This document shows, piece by piece, positions 18,728-27,996 of a stretch of 64,000 nucleotides of DNA. The translations under genes were made by a program, and so were the position numbers. How positions within the stretch are numbered: position 1 is the stretch's first letter; every line of letters begins with the position of its first letter. Origin of the DNA: an uncultured Muribaculaceae bacterium (lineage in GTDB: Bacteria; Bacteroidota; Bacteroidia; Bacteroidales; Muribaculaceae); the NCBI GenBank assembly GCA_944321905.1, contig CALUNI010000001.1, positions 9,940 to 73,939 of the forward strand, read 5' to 3'. The notes below the pieces were generated by a model, which was given only the letters and a program-made list of their open reading frames with translations, ran no database searches and had not been told where the DNA came from.

Positions 18728-19447
18728 TTAGAATTTCAACATGTCGTCCATCCCATAGAAGCCTGTCTTGTCACACAGCCACTCGGCAGCGACCACGGCA
18801 CCCAGTGCAAATCCGTCACGGCTAAATGCCTCGTGGGTAATGGTGATTTGGTCAACCGGCGACTTATACTTTATGATATGAGTACCCGGCACCTCGCCAA
18901 CGCGCTCATGCTCTATGCGTATTTCGTTGCTTGAGGGAGCATCGCTTTCGGTCCACGCCGTTTTGCGTTCCATGTTGCCGATTATTCCCTCGGCAAGAGT
19001 TATTGCTGTTCCACTCGGATGGTCGAGCTTGTGAATATGGTGTATCTCTTTCATGCCGACGTCATATTGGCCGAAACCGTCCATAAGCCGGGCAAGATAC
19101 TTGTTCACAGCAAAAAAGATGTTCACTCCTATGCTGTAATTCGAGGAATAAAAGAATGTGGCATCGGTGTCATTCTCCATCTCTTTCCGCAACTGAGGGA
19201 TTCGGTCGGTCCACCCCGTACTGCCCGACACCACCTTCACGCCGTTGCGCATGGCTCGCAGGCAGTTGTCATAGGCACTTGCCGGAGTGGTAAACTCTAT
19301 CGCCACATCGGCACTGCGGAACGCTTCCCCGTCGATATCCCCAAAATTGTCAACATCTATAACACTCACTATATCGTGTCCACGCTGCCGGGCAAACTTC
19401 TCGATGGCGTGACCCATTTTCCCATAACCGATTAATGCTATTTTCAT
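18728..19447 (-). CDS. dapB: 4-hydroxy-tetrahydrodipicolinate reductase
   Basis: I chose the ATG at 19447 (MKIALIGYGKMG, an NAD(P)-binding motif) because the track start at 19459 is TTG. It also has EIHHIHKLDHPSGTA (the DapB E-x-HH-x-K-x-D-x-PSGTA motif). Confidence 0.88.
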   Translation of the reverse strand: MKIALIGYGKMGHAIEKFARQRGHDIVSVIDVDNFGDIDGEAFRSADVAIEFTTPASAYDNCLRAMRNGVKVVSGSTGWTDRIPQLRKEMENDTDATFFYSSNYSIGVNIFFAVNKYLARLMDGFGQYDVGMKEIHHIHKLDHPSGTAITLAEGIIGNMERKTAWTESDAPSSNEIRIEHERVGEVPGTHIIKYKSPVDQITITHEAFSRDGFALGAVVAAEWLCDKTGFYGMDDMLKF

Positions 19448-19606
19448 TGTCTTGTACAAGAGATTGTGGCAACAAAGATAGTGTATCTTGCCAAAAGATG
19501 CAAGGCAAGCTCAATTACAAAAAACATTTCGGCCACAGTGCCGTCAAGATGGTTGACAAGCAACTGTAGCCGAAGTTGGCCTTGCGATATAAATCTGCCA
19601 CCAAGA

Positions 19607-20554
19607 TTACTTTTTCACATCATATTGATATATGATTTCACCGCGATGGTTGATTAGGAAAAAGCGCATTAGGTTGTCGGACGTAGAAAGCACCATAAAC
19701 CCTTCGTCACCGCTACAGAACTGTGTTCCGTCGATAGGTTTCACACTTTTACGGGCGAGCGACCCCGACGAATTTACAAAATACTGTACCTTGCTGTCTT
19801 TTACTTGTATGTGCTGGAAATTATGAATGTGACCGCACACGTAGGCATCGACTCCATACTTGTCGAGCAACGGCTTGACGCGCTTTTGCAAATCGGTGCG
19901 CTCCGACTCGTTCTTGTCGGTATCGGCAAAAATAGGATGGTGGCCAAAGACCACTTTCCACTTGGCATCACTTGCCGCAAGAGTCGCATCGAGCCATTCA
20001 AGCTCGGCTGCTATCGACTGCTTGCCGGCATCGGCATAGTCTTCGGTGTCACGACGATACTTGTCGATAAGCGGTGCCGTATCGATGAACACAAACAATA
20101 TTTTCTCGTTGCCGTCTTCCACCTCTTTCTCAAAGGCATAGTAACGCGACGGCATGACCCACCGGCGGCTCACATTCTTATAGTCGAGTACGGCCTGCGT
20201 GTTGCCGCGATACTCGTGATTGCCAAGTATTGCATACCAGTCAATCATCAAATCGGGATGCGAATAGATAAGTTCGTAGTTGGTCATCCACAATGGGTCG
20301 TCCACGCTCTGCACTCCCTCGAAGTGATGCACATCGCCAATGGCTGCCACAAACTCGGGATCTACATCCTCGGCCATCCAACCCATGAGTTCGGCTATGG
20401 TCTTTTGTTCAAAATATCCGTTGCGTCCGAGGTCGTTGGCAACATAAATCGAAGTCGAGTTTGCCGGGATATCGGGTTTCTGGAACTTAACTTGAGCCAT
20501 TGCATTGCCCACCAAGGCAATCAACGCGATAAAAATCAATGTCAGTCGTTTCAT
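19607..20554 (-). CDS. secreted metallophosphoesterase (purple acid phosphatase-like)
   Basis: It has a signal peptide and the calcineurin-type motifs GDVHH, GNHEY, GHHP and GHIHNFQH. Confidence 0.8.
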   Translation of the reverse strand: MKRLTLIFIALIALVGNAMAQVKFQKPDIPANSTSIYVANDLGRNGYFEQKTIAELMGWMAEDVDPEFVAAIGDVHHFEGVQSVDDPLWMTNYELIYSHPDLMIDWYAILGNHEYRGNTQAVLDYKNVSRRWVMPSRYYAFEKEVEDGNEKILFVFIDTAPLIDKYRRDTEDYADAGKQSIAAELEWLDATLAASDAKWKVVFGHHPIFADTDKNESERTDLQKRVKPLLDKYGVDAYVCGHIHNFQHIQVKDSKVQYFVNSSGSLARKSVKPIDGTQFCSGDEGFMVLSTSDNLMRFFLINHRGEIIYQYDVKK

Positions 20555-20620
20555 TCTGTAATTTTTCGTTATGGTTAAAAACTAAGAAACTGTTTAAATT
20601 CTGCAATATTTTGACATGAA

Positions 20621-20666
20621 GAGAACCGCTTCGACACTCCTCAAACGAACATCTGAAGCAGTTCTC
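20621..20666 (-). terminator. hairpin downstream of the beta-helix lipoprotein gene
   Basis: GAGAACCGCTTC pairs with GAAGCAGTTCTC as a 12-bp stem with one mismatch and a 22-nt loop. It starts 17 nt after the stop at 20684. Confidence 0.4.
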
Positions 20667-20683
20667 TCATTTTACCATCTTTT

Positions 20684-22000
20684 TTACTCTTGCCCGTAAG
20701 CTCCGAAGTAAGACGCAGGCTCGGGCGAAGTAAAGGTGTTGTTTTCAACAATACCTGCAAGGCCTTCCATAGTTATGCCTGTGCTGCCGAAATTGCGGGT
20801 GAAATCGGTCTTGCCGCCGGTGAGTGCGGGCGAGCCTGCTTGCAAATGGAAGTCCCATGCATCGTTCCATGTGGCAGGAGCCCCGGTCGAATTGGCCCCG
20901 ACATTTATGTCGATGTCGCTTTGTTGGGTGAAATTAACAAACATCGGGTCGTTGTCGCCCGGAGTTGCGCTGCGCTTGTCGTTGGCTCCCACAAGAATGC
21001 CTTCGGCTTCGTTTGCCTGCATCTGGTCGATACCGGCTTGAGTAGAAGCAAAATAGAAATTAGGAGTGATTATCGAACGAGGGTCTTCGGGAAGCTCTGT
21101 ATCGTGCTTCAATCCCCAACGGCAGTCGTATATTATATTGTTGTAAACCTCGGCATATATGTTTTCTTCGAGCCATATCGAACCGCCTTTTATGCCCGGA
21201 CGGCGCCATCCGTCGTTGACGAGCGTATTGTTATAGGCTACAATATGCGTGGCAAGGTTGACAAGGTCGGTGTTAGACAATTTGAAACCGTTGGTATTGG
21301 CGTCATAAATGAGATTGTATGCAACATCAACCGTGCATTCCGACTTATAGTTGATAGCGTCGCCGCCATCATAGCCATTGCTGATAAAACGGTTATTTGC
21401 AACAATCGACTGGCCGCCGGTGATATAAATCTGATCCTCGGCATTGTTCATCAATGTGCAATTTGTAATAATCATGCGCCCATCGGGATTGCAGAAGTGG
21501 ATTGCAGGAACGCCTTCGCCGGTTTCCGACTTAAACAACTTGTTAATGAACGACTGCGAGTTCTCGGTTGTTTGAGCCCCGCCATATTCTATGGTCACGT
21601 GATTCAAATAAAGCTCTTGACAGTCAAATCCGCAAATTATGCCGCCCCAGTTGCGAGAAAAACGGTCGCTCTTGGAACTTTCCTCCACGGTGAATGTGAT
21701 AGGATTCTCTTCGGTACCCATGCAATACATGTTACCAAGCACTACGACCTCGGGCTTGACAGTCGTATTCGAAGCAATGACGGTAACGCCTTCCTCAACA
21801 TAAAGAGAAGTATTCTTCGGCACCACAAAGTGGTCGGTAAGTATCACAGTCGAGTCCTTTCCCCATATGATAGCCGATTCTGGATACTCATTTTCGGGGT
21901 TCTCGCCCGGTCCCGGATTGGGATTAGGTTCATCGTCACTACATGCGGCAAGCGACAAAAGTGCCACGGTTGCAAAAACACTAAAAAATTTACGTTTCAT
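20684..22000 (-). CDS. lipoprotein with right-handed parallel beta-helix-like repeats, function unknown
   Basis: 438 aa with a lipoprotein signal (LLSLAAC) and a Pro/Asn-rich linker. Short N/G/I-rich turns recur (ITNCTLMNN, IVANNRFISNG, VAYNLIYD, VAYNNTLVND, VYNNIIYD). It lies 42 nt downstream of a TonB-dependent receptor. Confidence 0.6.
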   Translation of the reverse strand: MKRKFFSVFATVALLSLAACSDDEPNPNPGPGENPENEYPESAIIWGKDSTVILTDHFVVPKNTSLYVEEGVTVIASNTTVKPEVVVLGNMYCMGTEENPITFTVEESSKSDRFSRNWGGIICGFDCQELYLNHVTIEYGGAQTTENSQSFINKLFKSETGEGVPAIHFCNPDGRMIITNCTLMNNAEDQIYITGGQSIVANNRFISNGYDGGDAINYKSECTVDVAYNLIYDANTNGFKLSNTDLVNLATHIVAYNNTLVNDGWRRPGIKGGSIWLEENIYAEVYNNIIYDCRWGLKHDTELPEDPRSIITPNFYFASTQAGIDQMQANEAEGILVGANDKRSATPGDNDPMFVNFTQQSDIDINVGANSTGAPATWNDAWDFHLQAGSPALTGGKTDFTRNFGSTGITMEGLAGIVENNTFTSPEPASYFGAYGQE

Positions 22001-22042
22001 TTCTTTCTTAATTTGTGGTTATATATTTGTCTGTTTATCTTG

Positions 22043-24778
22043 TCATAGTTTAAATCTCACGCCCAACAGCAAGCCTATGCCACGACGGTCCTTGCGTATC
22101 AAGGTCTTGCCACTTCCCGGATTCTGTCCGGGGAACTTGTCGTTGTAATCGTTGTGAGTCTTGATGTAACGTTCCGAAGCAGTGTTAAGCAGGTTGGTGC
22201 CTTTGCCGAAGATTGTCACGCCACATTTGAATTTCTTCTCGACCGAAGCATCAAGCGCGACTTCGCCCTTGTCCCAATAATCCGAGTCAAGATATTGCGA
22301 CACAATTGCAATCTTCTCTCCCGTATAGCTGCACGCCAACTGAGCGTCCCATCCATGCTTCGTGTCTTTATACATAAGCGTGAGATTGGCCACATGAGGA
22401 GCCTGCCCCAACAACGGGCGCGACTGTTCCACGTCGAAACGCTTTGTATTGCCCTCGGCATCCTGCCCATATAGAATCTTGGTCGTGGTTATTTTTGAAT
22501 GTGTGTAGGTATAATTAGCTTTCACGCCAAAGTTGCGGAAGTACTTGATAATATCAATCTCCACGCCATAATTGGTGGCATTTCCCACATTGTCGGGGCC
22601 GTAACCAACTTGCCGGTTTATGGTACGGCTCACATATTCTATAGGGTCGGTAAGATGCTTGTAAAATACTCCTGCCATGAATTCTTCGCTTGCACTCGGA
22701 TACCATTCCCAACGCAAATCCACATTGTCGATGCGAGCACGCTTCAATTCATTGTTACCAAATTCCAGATAATCTTCATTGATAATAGTATAAGGAACAA
22801 TTTCAAAGAAGCCCGGACGGTTAATCGACTTGAAATAAGAAGCCCTAATGTTCATGTCTTTTATCGGTGAGTATTTAACATGAACCGACGGCAGTACATC
22901 CCAATACCTTTGTTTGCTCTCGGGGTCGTTGCTTACCGTGGGGTAAGTCATCGAATAAGACTGCAATGTATGCTCTGCGCGCAAGCCTGCTATCACATGC
23001 CACTTGGTACGCGCCAACTTAATCTGGCCATACACGGCACCTATGTTTTCGTCGGCCGTATAATTAAGAGGACCTACGCTGCCATGAGGCGTGGTTACCT
23101 GCCACGCTATTTCATTGATATTGTCAAAATCCACTCCTTGCACAGGGCGACTCGATCCACCGGGAGTAAAGTTATATGTAATGTGGGTGTTGTCGCGCGA
23201 CTTGTCGCGATACATGCCACCGGCTTTCACGTTCAAGTCGAAATGTCCGACTTTGCGGTCATACTTTAGGTTGAGATAGCCTGCAATGTCGCGGTCGGAA
23301 TTATGCTCAAACCGGCGTTCTCCATGATCGGCTGTCACCACCGATTCGTAATTCTGCACCAGATTCTCAAGACTTGTGTAAGTGTTGTCGGGACGCTTAT
23401 ACCTTGCGTCGGCAAACTCTGCAGTCCAGTCGAGTCCCAATCCTTCAAGCAGCAGGTTGTTATGATGTCCCGTGAGCGTAGAAGCGAAAATCGACTGCTT
23501 GGTTTGACGGGCGCGAGTTTCAAGGGTTTGCAACAAATCGCCATTTTCCGGATCGTAATTAAGCGACAAGTTTGTTTCAACGCTCTCGCGCACCTGGTTT
23601 GAGATATTGCTGAAGAAGGCGTTATACCACTCTATGTCATTGTCGGCATTGAATGTATAATCGAGTTTCAAGTGCAACCCCGTCTGCAATTGCTGCTCAG
23701 AATATACCCGTTCGCGCATGTCGCTCAGCCTGACGGCCGTTTCGCGTTGGTTCATATTATCGGTAAAAAACAGGCTGCTCTTTGTGCGGTAAGTATTTTG
23801 CAGACTCCCGGCAAAGATAAATCCCAACCGGTTGTCAAGCAATCGATTGCCCACCGTCAATCCCGCTACAATGTCGGGCATGGGGTGATAATAGTCAAGT
23901 GTGGAAGTTCCCTGCTTGAAATCTACCAATGTTGCCTGATATTCTGTTCCGAAAGCCTCGCGCGGAGACTCCGACGTTATATTGCCGTGGTCAAACCCAA
24001 TAAACTTATTTTCGATATTCATCGTGTTATATCCGCCTGCCACGTTGGCATTAAACGTGAATCGCGACGGGGCGTTTTTCATCACCATGTTTACCACGCC
24101 ACCGGTTGCGTCGCCCTCCATATCGGCGGTAAGCGATTTTGTCACTTCAAGCCTGTCGAGCAAGTCGCTCGGAAATATGTTGAGAGGCACGTAACGATTG
24201 GCATCGTCGGGACTTGGTATCTTCACTCCGTTCACGAGAGTATAGTTATACCGCTTGTCCATGCCGCGCAATATGGCATACTGCTCGTTGTCGCTGCTTC
24301 CCTTGTCAAGCACCACGCCCGACATGCGCTGCAACACGCCTGCCACATCAAGGTCGGGAGAGACTTCTATGCTGTTGGCACTCATTATATTCAATATATT
24401 TGCCGATGTACGCTCTACCATGCGAGCACTGGCATCTGTGCGGCGGTTGGCGCTACCTATTACCGATACCTCGCCAAGCACGTTGTCTTCGGGCTTCAAC
24501 GCCACGTTGACAGTGGCATCACCCGACACCGGGGCTTCGTAATTTTCATAACTAACATAATGCCATACGAGCGTAACCTTCTTCCCGGATGGAATTTCAA
24601 GCACATACGAGCCGTCCAATCCCGAAGAAGTACCCACTCCGGGCAACTCTTTGCACGAAACGATGGCACCTACCAATGTTTCCCCTGTCGATGAATCGGT
24701 TACAACACCTTCTACCTTGTAAGCATTAGCAGTCACCGAAGCGACAATCATCACCAATGCCAAAAACAAATATCTCAT
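22043..24778 (-). CDS. TonB-dependent receptor with N-terminal carboxypeptidase-regulatory-like domain
   Basis: 911 aa with a signal peptide and a CarboxypepD_reg-like start (YKVEGVVTDSSTGETLVGAIV...LDGSYVLEI). A plug (RGMDKRYNYTLVNGVKIPS) and a beta-barrel ending VRFKL follow. Confidence 0.85.
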   Translation of the reverse strand: MRYLFLALVMIVASVTANAYKVEGVVTDSSTGETLVGAIVSCKELPGVGTSSGLDGSYVLEIPSGKKVTLVWHYVSYENYEAPVSGDATVNVALKPEDNVLGEVSVIGSANRRTDASARMVERTSANILNIMSANSIEVSPDLDVAGVLQRMSGVVLDKGSSDNEQYAILRGMDKRYNYTLVNGVKIPSPDDANRYVPLNIFPSDLLDRLEVTKSLTADMEGDATGGVVNMVMKNAPSRFTFNANVAGGYNTMNIENKFIGFDHGNITSESPREAFGTEYQATLVDFKQGTSTLDYYHPMPDIVAGLTVGNRLLDNRLGFIFAGSLQNTYRTKSSLFFTDNMNQRETAVRLSDMRERVYSEQQLQTGLHLKLDYTFNADNDIEWYNAFFSNISNQVRESVETNLSLNYDPENGDLLQTLETRARQTKQSIFASTLTGHHNNLLLEGLGLDWTAEFADARYKRPDNTYTSLENLVQNYESVVTADHGERRFEHNSDRDIAGYLNLKYDRKVGHFDLNVKAGGMYRDKSRDNTHITYNFTPGGSSRPVQGVDFDNINEIAWQVTTPHGSVGPLNYTADENIGAVYGQIKLARTKWHVIAGLRAEHTLQSYSMTYPTVSNDPESKQRYWDVLPSVHVKYSPIKDMNIRASYFKSINRPGFFEIVPYTIINEDYLEFGNNELKRARIDNVDLRWEWYPSASEEFMAGVFYKHLTDPIEYVSRTINRQVGYGPDNVGNATNYGVEIDIIKYFRNFGVKANYTYTHSKITTTKILYGQDAEGNTKRFDVEQSRPLLGQAPHVANLTLMYKDTKHGWDAQLACSYTGEKIAIVSQYLDSDYWDKGEVALDASVEKKFKCGVTIFGKGTNLLNTASERYIKTHNDYNDKFPGQNPGSGKTLIRKDRRGIGLLLGVRFKL

Positions 24779-24815
24779 AAAAACTATAAATAACTGTATT
24801 CTGTAAATCTCGGCG

Positions 24816-24823
24816 CAAAAGTA
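24816..24823 (-). promoter_or_regulatory. candidate Bacteroides-type -7 promoter box (TACTTTTG)
   Basis: It matches TAnnTTTG on the minus strand, 38 nt upstream of the TBDR ATG at 24778. Confidence 0.35.
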
Positions 24824-24954
24824 GTGGCGTCAAATAACAACAGTTTTACACATCTATTACAATCTTGTAACATTTATCCAAGGTATCGTTGGCAAGGGAA
24901 TAGCACATTTATGCCAATACTCCGCCCACTCTTGCATTTTGACCTCGCAGATGC

Positions 24955-24962
24955 TATTTTTG
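24955..24962 (+). promoter_or_regulatory. candidate -7 promoter box (TATTTTTG)
   Basis: It matches TAnnTTTG, 18 nt upstream of the ATG at 24980. Confidence 0.3.
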
Positions 24963-24979
24963 CAAAAAAATCAAAACTT

Positions 24980-25729
24980 ATGACTAAAGAGGAAGTTGTC
25001 GTTGACAAATATCTTGCCGGAACCGCAGGCATGGCACATTGTATAAAAGCAGCACTAATCGACATGGACGGAGTCCTTTATGACTCGATGAAAAACCACA
25101 CTGCGGCATGGTTCCGCATGGCTACCGAACTCGGCATAGAATGCACGCGCGACGAATTTTACGCCTACGAGGGGATGACCGGCGCCGCCACTATTGACAT
25201 ACTGTTCAAGCGAGCCTATGGGCGTAATGCTTCTCCCGAAGAGGCTAAAGAATTATATGCCAGGAAGGCCAGATATTTCATGGAAACAGGCGAGCCGCAA
25301 ATGATGCCGGGCGCGACCCGTATGCTGGAAGTCCTGCGCAACGCAGGCATAGAACGTGTGTTAGTCACAGGCTCGGGACAGCATTCAATCCTCGACCGCC
25401 TCGACCGCGACTATCCCGGGATTTTCGCTCCCGACAAGCGGGTGACGGCAATGAACGTCACACACGGCAAGCCCGACCCAGAACCTTACCTAAAAGGGTT
25501 GGAATTTGCCGGATGCGGGCCACACGAAGCCGTAGTGATTGAAAATGCGCCACTCGGAGTGTTGGCCGGGCACCGCTCTGGATGCTTCACCATAGGCATT
25601 ACCACCGGCCCCATTCCACGCCACGACATGGAAAAAAGCGGTGCCGACATAGTATATGGCTCCATGCCCGAATTTGCCGACAAACTCCCGGAACTTATAA
25701 CCGCATTCAAAAACCGACAAGCAAAATGA
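24980..25729 (+). CDS. HAD-superfamily hydrolase (beta-phosphoglucomutase-like subfamily IA)
   Basis: I chose the ATG at 24980. It has HAD motif I (LIDMDGVLYDS), motif II (VTGS) and KPDPEPYL. Its stop overlaps the aroB ATG (ATGA at 25726-25729). Confidence 0.8.
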   Translation: MTKEEVVVDKYLAGTAGMAHCIKAALIDMDGVLYDSMKNHTAAWFRMATELGIECTRDEFYAYEGMTGAATIDILFKRAYGRNASPEEAKELYARKARYFMETGEPQMMPGATRMLEVLRNAGIERVLVTGSGQHSILDRLDRDYPGIFAPDKRVTAMNVTHGKPDPEPYLKGLEFAGCGPHEAVVIENAPLGVLAGHRSGCFTIGITTGPIPRHDMEKSGADIVYGSMPEFADKLPELITAFKNRQAK

Positions 25730-26784
25730 ATCACCAGCAAATCATATTCTCTAACGACATACAAAAATCCCTCGACACAATAATGCAAGGGATTGACCAC
25801 AGCAAGGCCTTCATTCTGACCGACATCAACGTCAAGCAATTTGTGTTCCCCAAAATAGCAGAACTACCCGCTGTAAAAGCGTTGCAATGCATAACGATAA
25901 AGTCGGGCGACTTGAACAAAAATATCGAATCGGCGGCAACCGTGTGGAAGCAGCTCGACGAATACGGAGCCACGCGCCGCTCGGTGATGATAAATATCGG
26001 CGGCGGGGTCGTAACCGACCTCGGCGGCTTCGCAGCCTCGGTGTTCAAACGCGGCATCAGGTTTATAAATGTCCCTACCACCTTGCTTGGTGCCGTAGAT
26101 GCCGCGATTGGTGGGAAAACCGGCATAAATTTCAACGGATTGAAAAACGAGATAGGCGTATTCAACGAGGCCGACGCGGTTATCATATCGACGCTGTTTT
26201 TCGACACGCTGCCGATGAGCGAATTAAAATCGGGCTACGCCGAGATGCTTAAGCACGGGCTGCTTAGCGACCGCCAATATTTCTCAGACTTGATTAACCA
26301 CGACATAGCAGGAAACGACCCGGAAAAATTGCTTGAACTGCTTAAACGCTCTGTCATAATAAAGCGCGACATAGTTGCCGCCGATTCTCACGAACAGGGG
26401 CTGCGCCGCGCGCTCAACCTTGGGCACACGGTAGGACACGCCTTCGAGAGTATGGCAATGAAACGCTCAGAGCCTGTCCCTCACGGATATGCAGTGGCAT
26501 GGGGACTTGTAGTCGAACTTGTCCTATCCAATATGATTTACAAATTTCCAAGCGACATACTATATGCCGTGGCAAGATTTGTCAAGGAACACTACGGCAC
26601 GTTCCATATCGGCTGCAACGACTATGACAACCTCGTTGCACTCATGCAGCACGACAAGAAAAGCCGAAGCGGCGAAATCAACTGTTCCCTGCTGTCCGAC
26701 ATAGGCAAAACAGAACTCGGCACAGTCGTCAGTGCCGACGATGCAAAAGCCGCCTTAGACATATATCGAGACTTAATGCAATAA
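25726..26784 (+). CDS. aroB: 3-dehydroquinate synthase
   Basis: I chose the ATG at 25726 (MNHQQIIF...). It has IGGGVVTDLGGFAAS..., VPTTLLGAVDAAIGGKTGINF, and the LNLGHTVGHAFE metal/His motif. Confidence 0.88.
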   Translation: MNHQQIIFSNDIQKSLDTIMQGIDHSKAFILTDINVKQFVFPKIAELPAVKALQCITIKSGDLNKNIESAATVWKQLDEYGATRRSVMINIGGGVVTDLGGFAASVFKRGIRFINVPTTLLGAVDAAIGGKTGINFNGLKNEIGVFNEADAVIISTLFFDTLPMSELKSGYAEMLKHGLLSDRQYFSDLINHDIAGNDPEKLLELLKRSVIIKRDIVAADSHEQGLRRALNLGHTVGHAFESMAMKRSEPVPHGYAVAWGLVVELVLSNMIYKFPSDILYAVARFVKEHYGTFHIGCNDYDNLVALMQHDKKSRSGEINCSLLSDIGKTELGTVVSADDAKAALDIYRDLMQ

Positions 26785-26856
26785 ACCGCAGTTCATGCCC
26801 CGCTCAAGAATATCTTAACCCGCAAAAGCCATTAAAAGACAACTTCGGAGTCATGA

Positions 26857-27996
26857 TTAAGACTCTGCAAAACGGGTTCTGAGCAGATTGCGCAACCGAT
26901 AAATATAATAATGAGCCTTTTCGGGTTCGGGTTGTCGCACAAGGTGCTCCACTATCATATCAATATTATTGACCCAGAAAACAAACTTGCTATCGGGCGT
27001 ATAATTGGCGCAGAAACCCAATAGGCTGCCAAGGTCGAATTCTTCACCGGTGATTCCGGCACCTGCAAGCATGGCATCATGGGCATTGCACTCCTGCTCT
27101 ATATGGGCAGGCACCATCAATATGGGCTTGCCCATATACATAGCCTCGCATATCGATTCAAAACCGGCTGTGCTTGCATAAGCCCGGCATCCCGCCATCT
27201 GCTCCAAGAACGCACGGTCGTCAAGTTGGTAAAACCTCAGCGTTGCATCAATCTCCTTTATCTCGGCCTCTCCCTTACAATCCCAAAAGAAGCGCAGTGG
27301 AACGTCGGGACGCAACCTGTGCCACTCCATTACTTGCTCGGCAAAACCCGAATTGACCATGTATCCGTGTATATAATCACCGTCCGACGGCTGCTGCTGC
27401 AATGCCTCGCGACGGAGCAACGGAGGCACCACGTATATATGCCGGCCTGCGTCGTCGGGCATTCGTCTGAACGACAGGGCAAGCAACCTGTTAGCTCCTA
27501 TCGATGTCATGCGCGTGAACATCTTCAACATTTCAAGTTGCAACCGGTTTACACGAGGGAAATTAAAATCTTTATGCAGGAACAAATACTGATGCCCTAT
27601 GCAAATCTGAGTAACGCCCGGATGGCAAAACAAATAAGTCAGTCCCGTAAGCAGTTCATAAAAGTTAACCACAACGTCGGCACCCGACTGCCTGATGCGC
27701 CTGTTTATAAAAGCTATGCTGCGCACGAATGCCGGCAGCCTCAACATATTATACACGATACTGCGACCCAGTTTATTCCGGCGGTTGGCAGGTGTAGGTA
27801 AGAAATTAGGACTCTCGAACCGCAACAACGGAGCTCGCAACCTGCGCTTGAAAAATTCGGGCAGTTCCCTCTGCCTGCTTTTTCCCACAAGCACTTCCAC
27901 CACTTCGTGCCCGCGGGCTACAAGATGCTCTTCAAGCGTCAAAGCCTGCGTCAAGTGGCCGCGCCCTTCCCCCTGTACGATAAACAAGAATTTCAT
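26857..27996 (-). CDS. glycosyltransferase (GT-B fold, MurG/UDP-glycosyltransferase-like)
   Basis: I chose the ATG at 27996 (MKFLFIVQGEGRGHLTQAL, an N-terminal G-rich loop typical of GT1/GT28-like enzymes). The C-terminal block reads GFESICEAMYMGKPILMVP. Its ATG overlaps the stop of the upstream LpxH-like gene. Confidence 0.7.
   Translation of the reverse strand: MKFLFIVQGEGRGHLTQALTLEEHLVARGHEVVEVLVGKSRQRELPEFFKRRLRAPLLRFESPNFLPTPANRRNKLGRSIVYNMLRLPAFVRSIAFINRRIRQSGADVVVNFYELLTGLTYLFCHPGVTQICIGHQYLFLHKDFNFPRVNRLQLEMLKMFTRMTSIGANRLLALSFRRMPDDAGRHIYVVPPLLRREALQQQPSDGDYIHGYMVNSGFAEQVMEWHRLRPDVPLRFFWDCKGEAEIKEIDATLRFYQLDDRAFLEQMAGCRAYASTAGFESICEAMYMGKPILMVPAHIEQECNAHDAMLAGAGITGEEFDLGSLLGFCANYTPDSKFVFWVNNIDMIVEHLVRQPEPEKAHYYIYRLRNLLRTRFAES

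Noticed and set aside
19452-19465. The 14-nt word TTGTACAAGAGATT is shared between the dapB upstream region (19452..19465) and the SLC13 operon upstream region (29074..29087).
   Set aside because: In 64 kb on both strands, roughly 15 exact 14-mer coincidences are expected by chance (about 4e9 pairs divided by 4^14). Orientation relative to the downstream genes also differs.
20690-22048. Very long antisense ORFs mirror real genes. Examples are 20690..22048 (452 aa), 45973..47760 (595 aa), 52597..53841 (414 aa), 54028..55101 (357 aa), 23672..24694 (340 aa), 5318..6295 (325 aa) and 30705..31364 (219 aa).
   Set aside because: Their translations are low-complexity and rich in R, H and C, with no recognisable motifs, signal peptides or domain signatures. 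The opposite-strand products have clear family signatures. The pattern fits codon-usage-driven absence of stops in the antisense frame.
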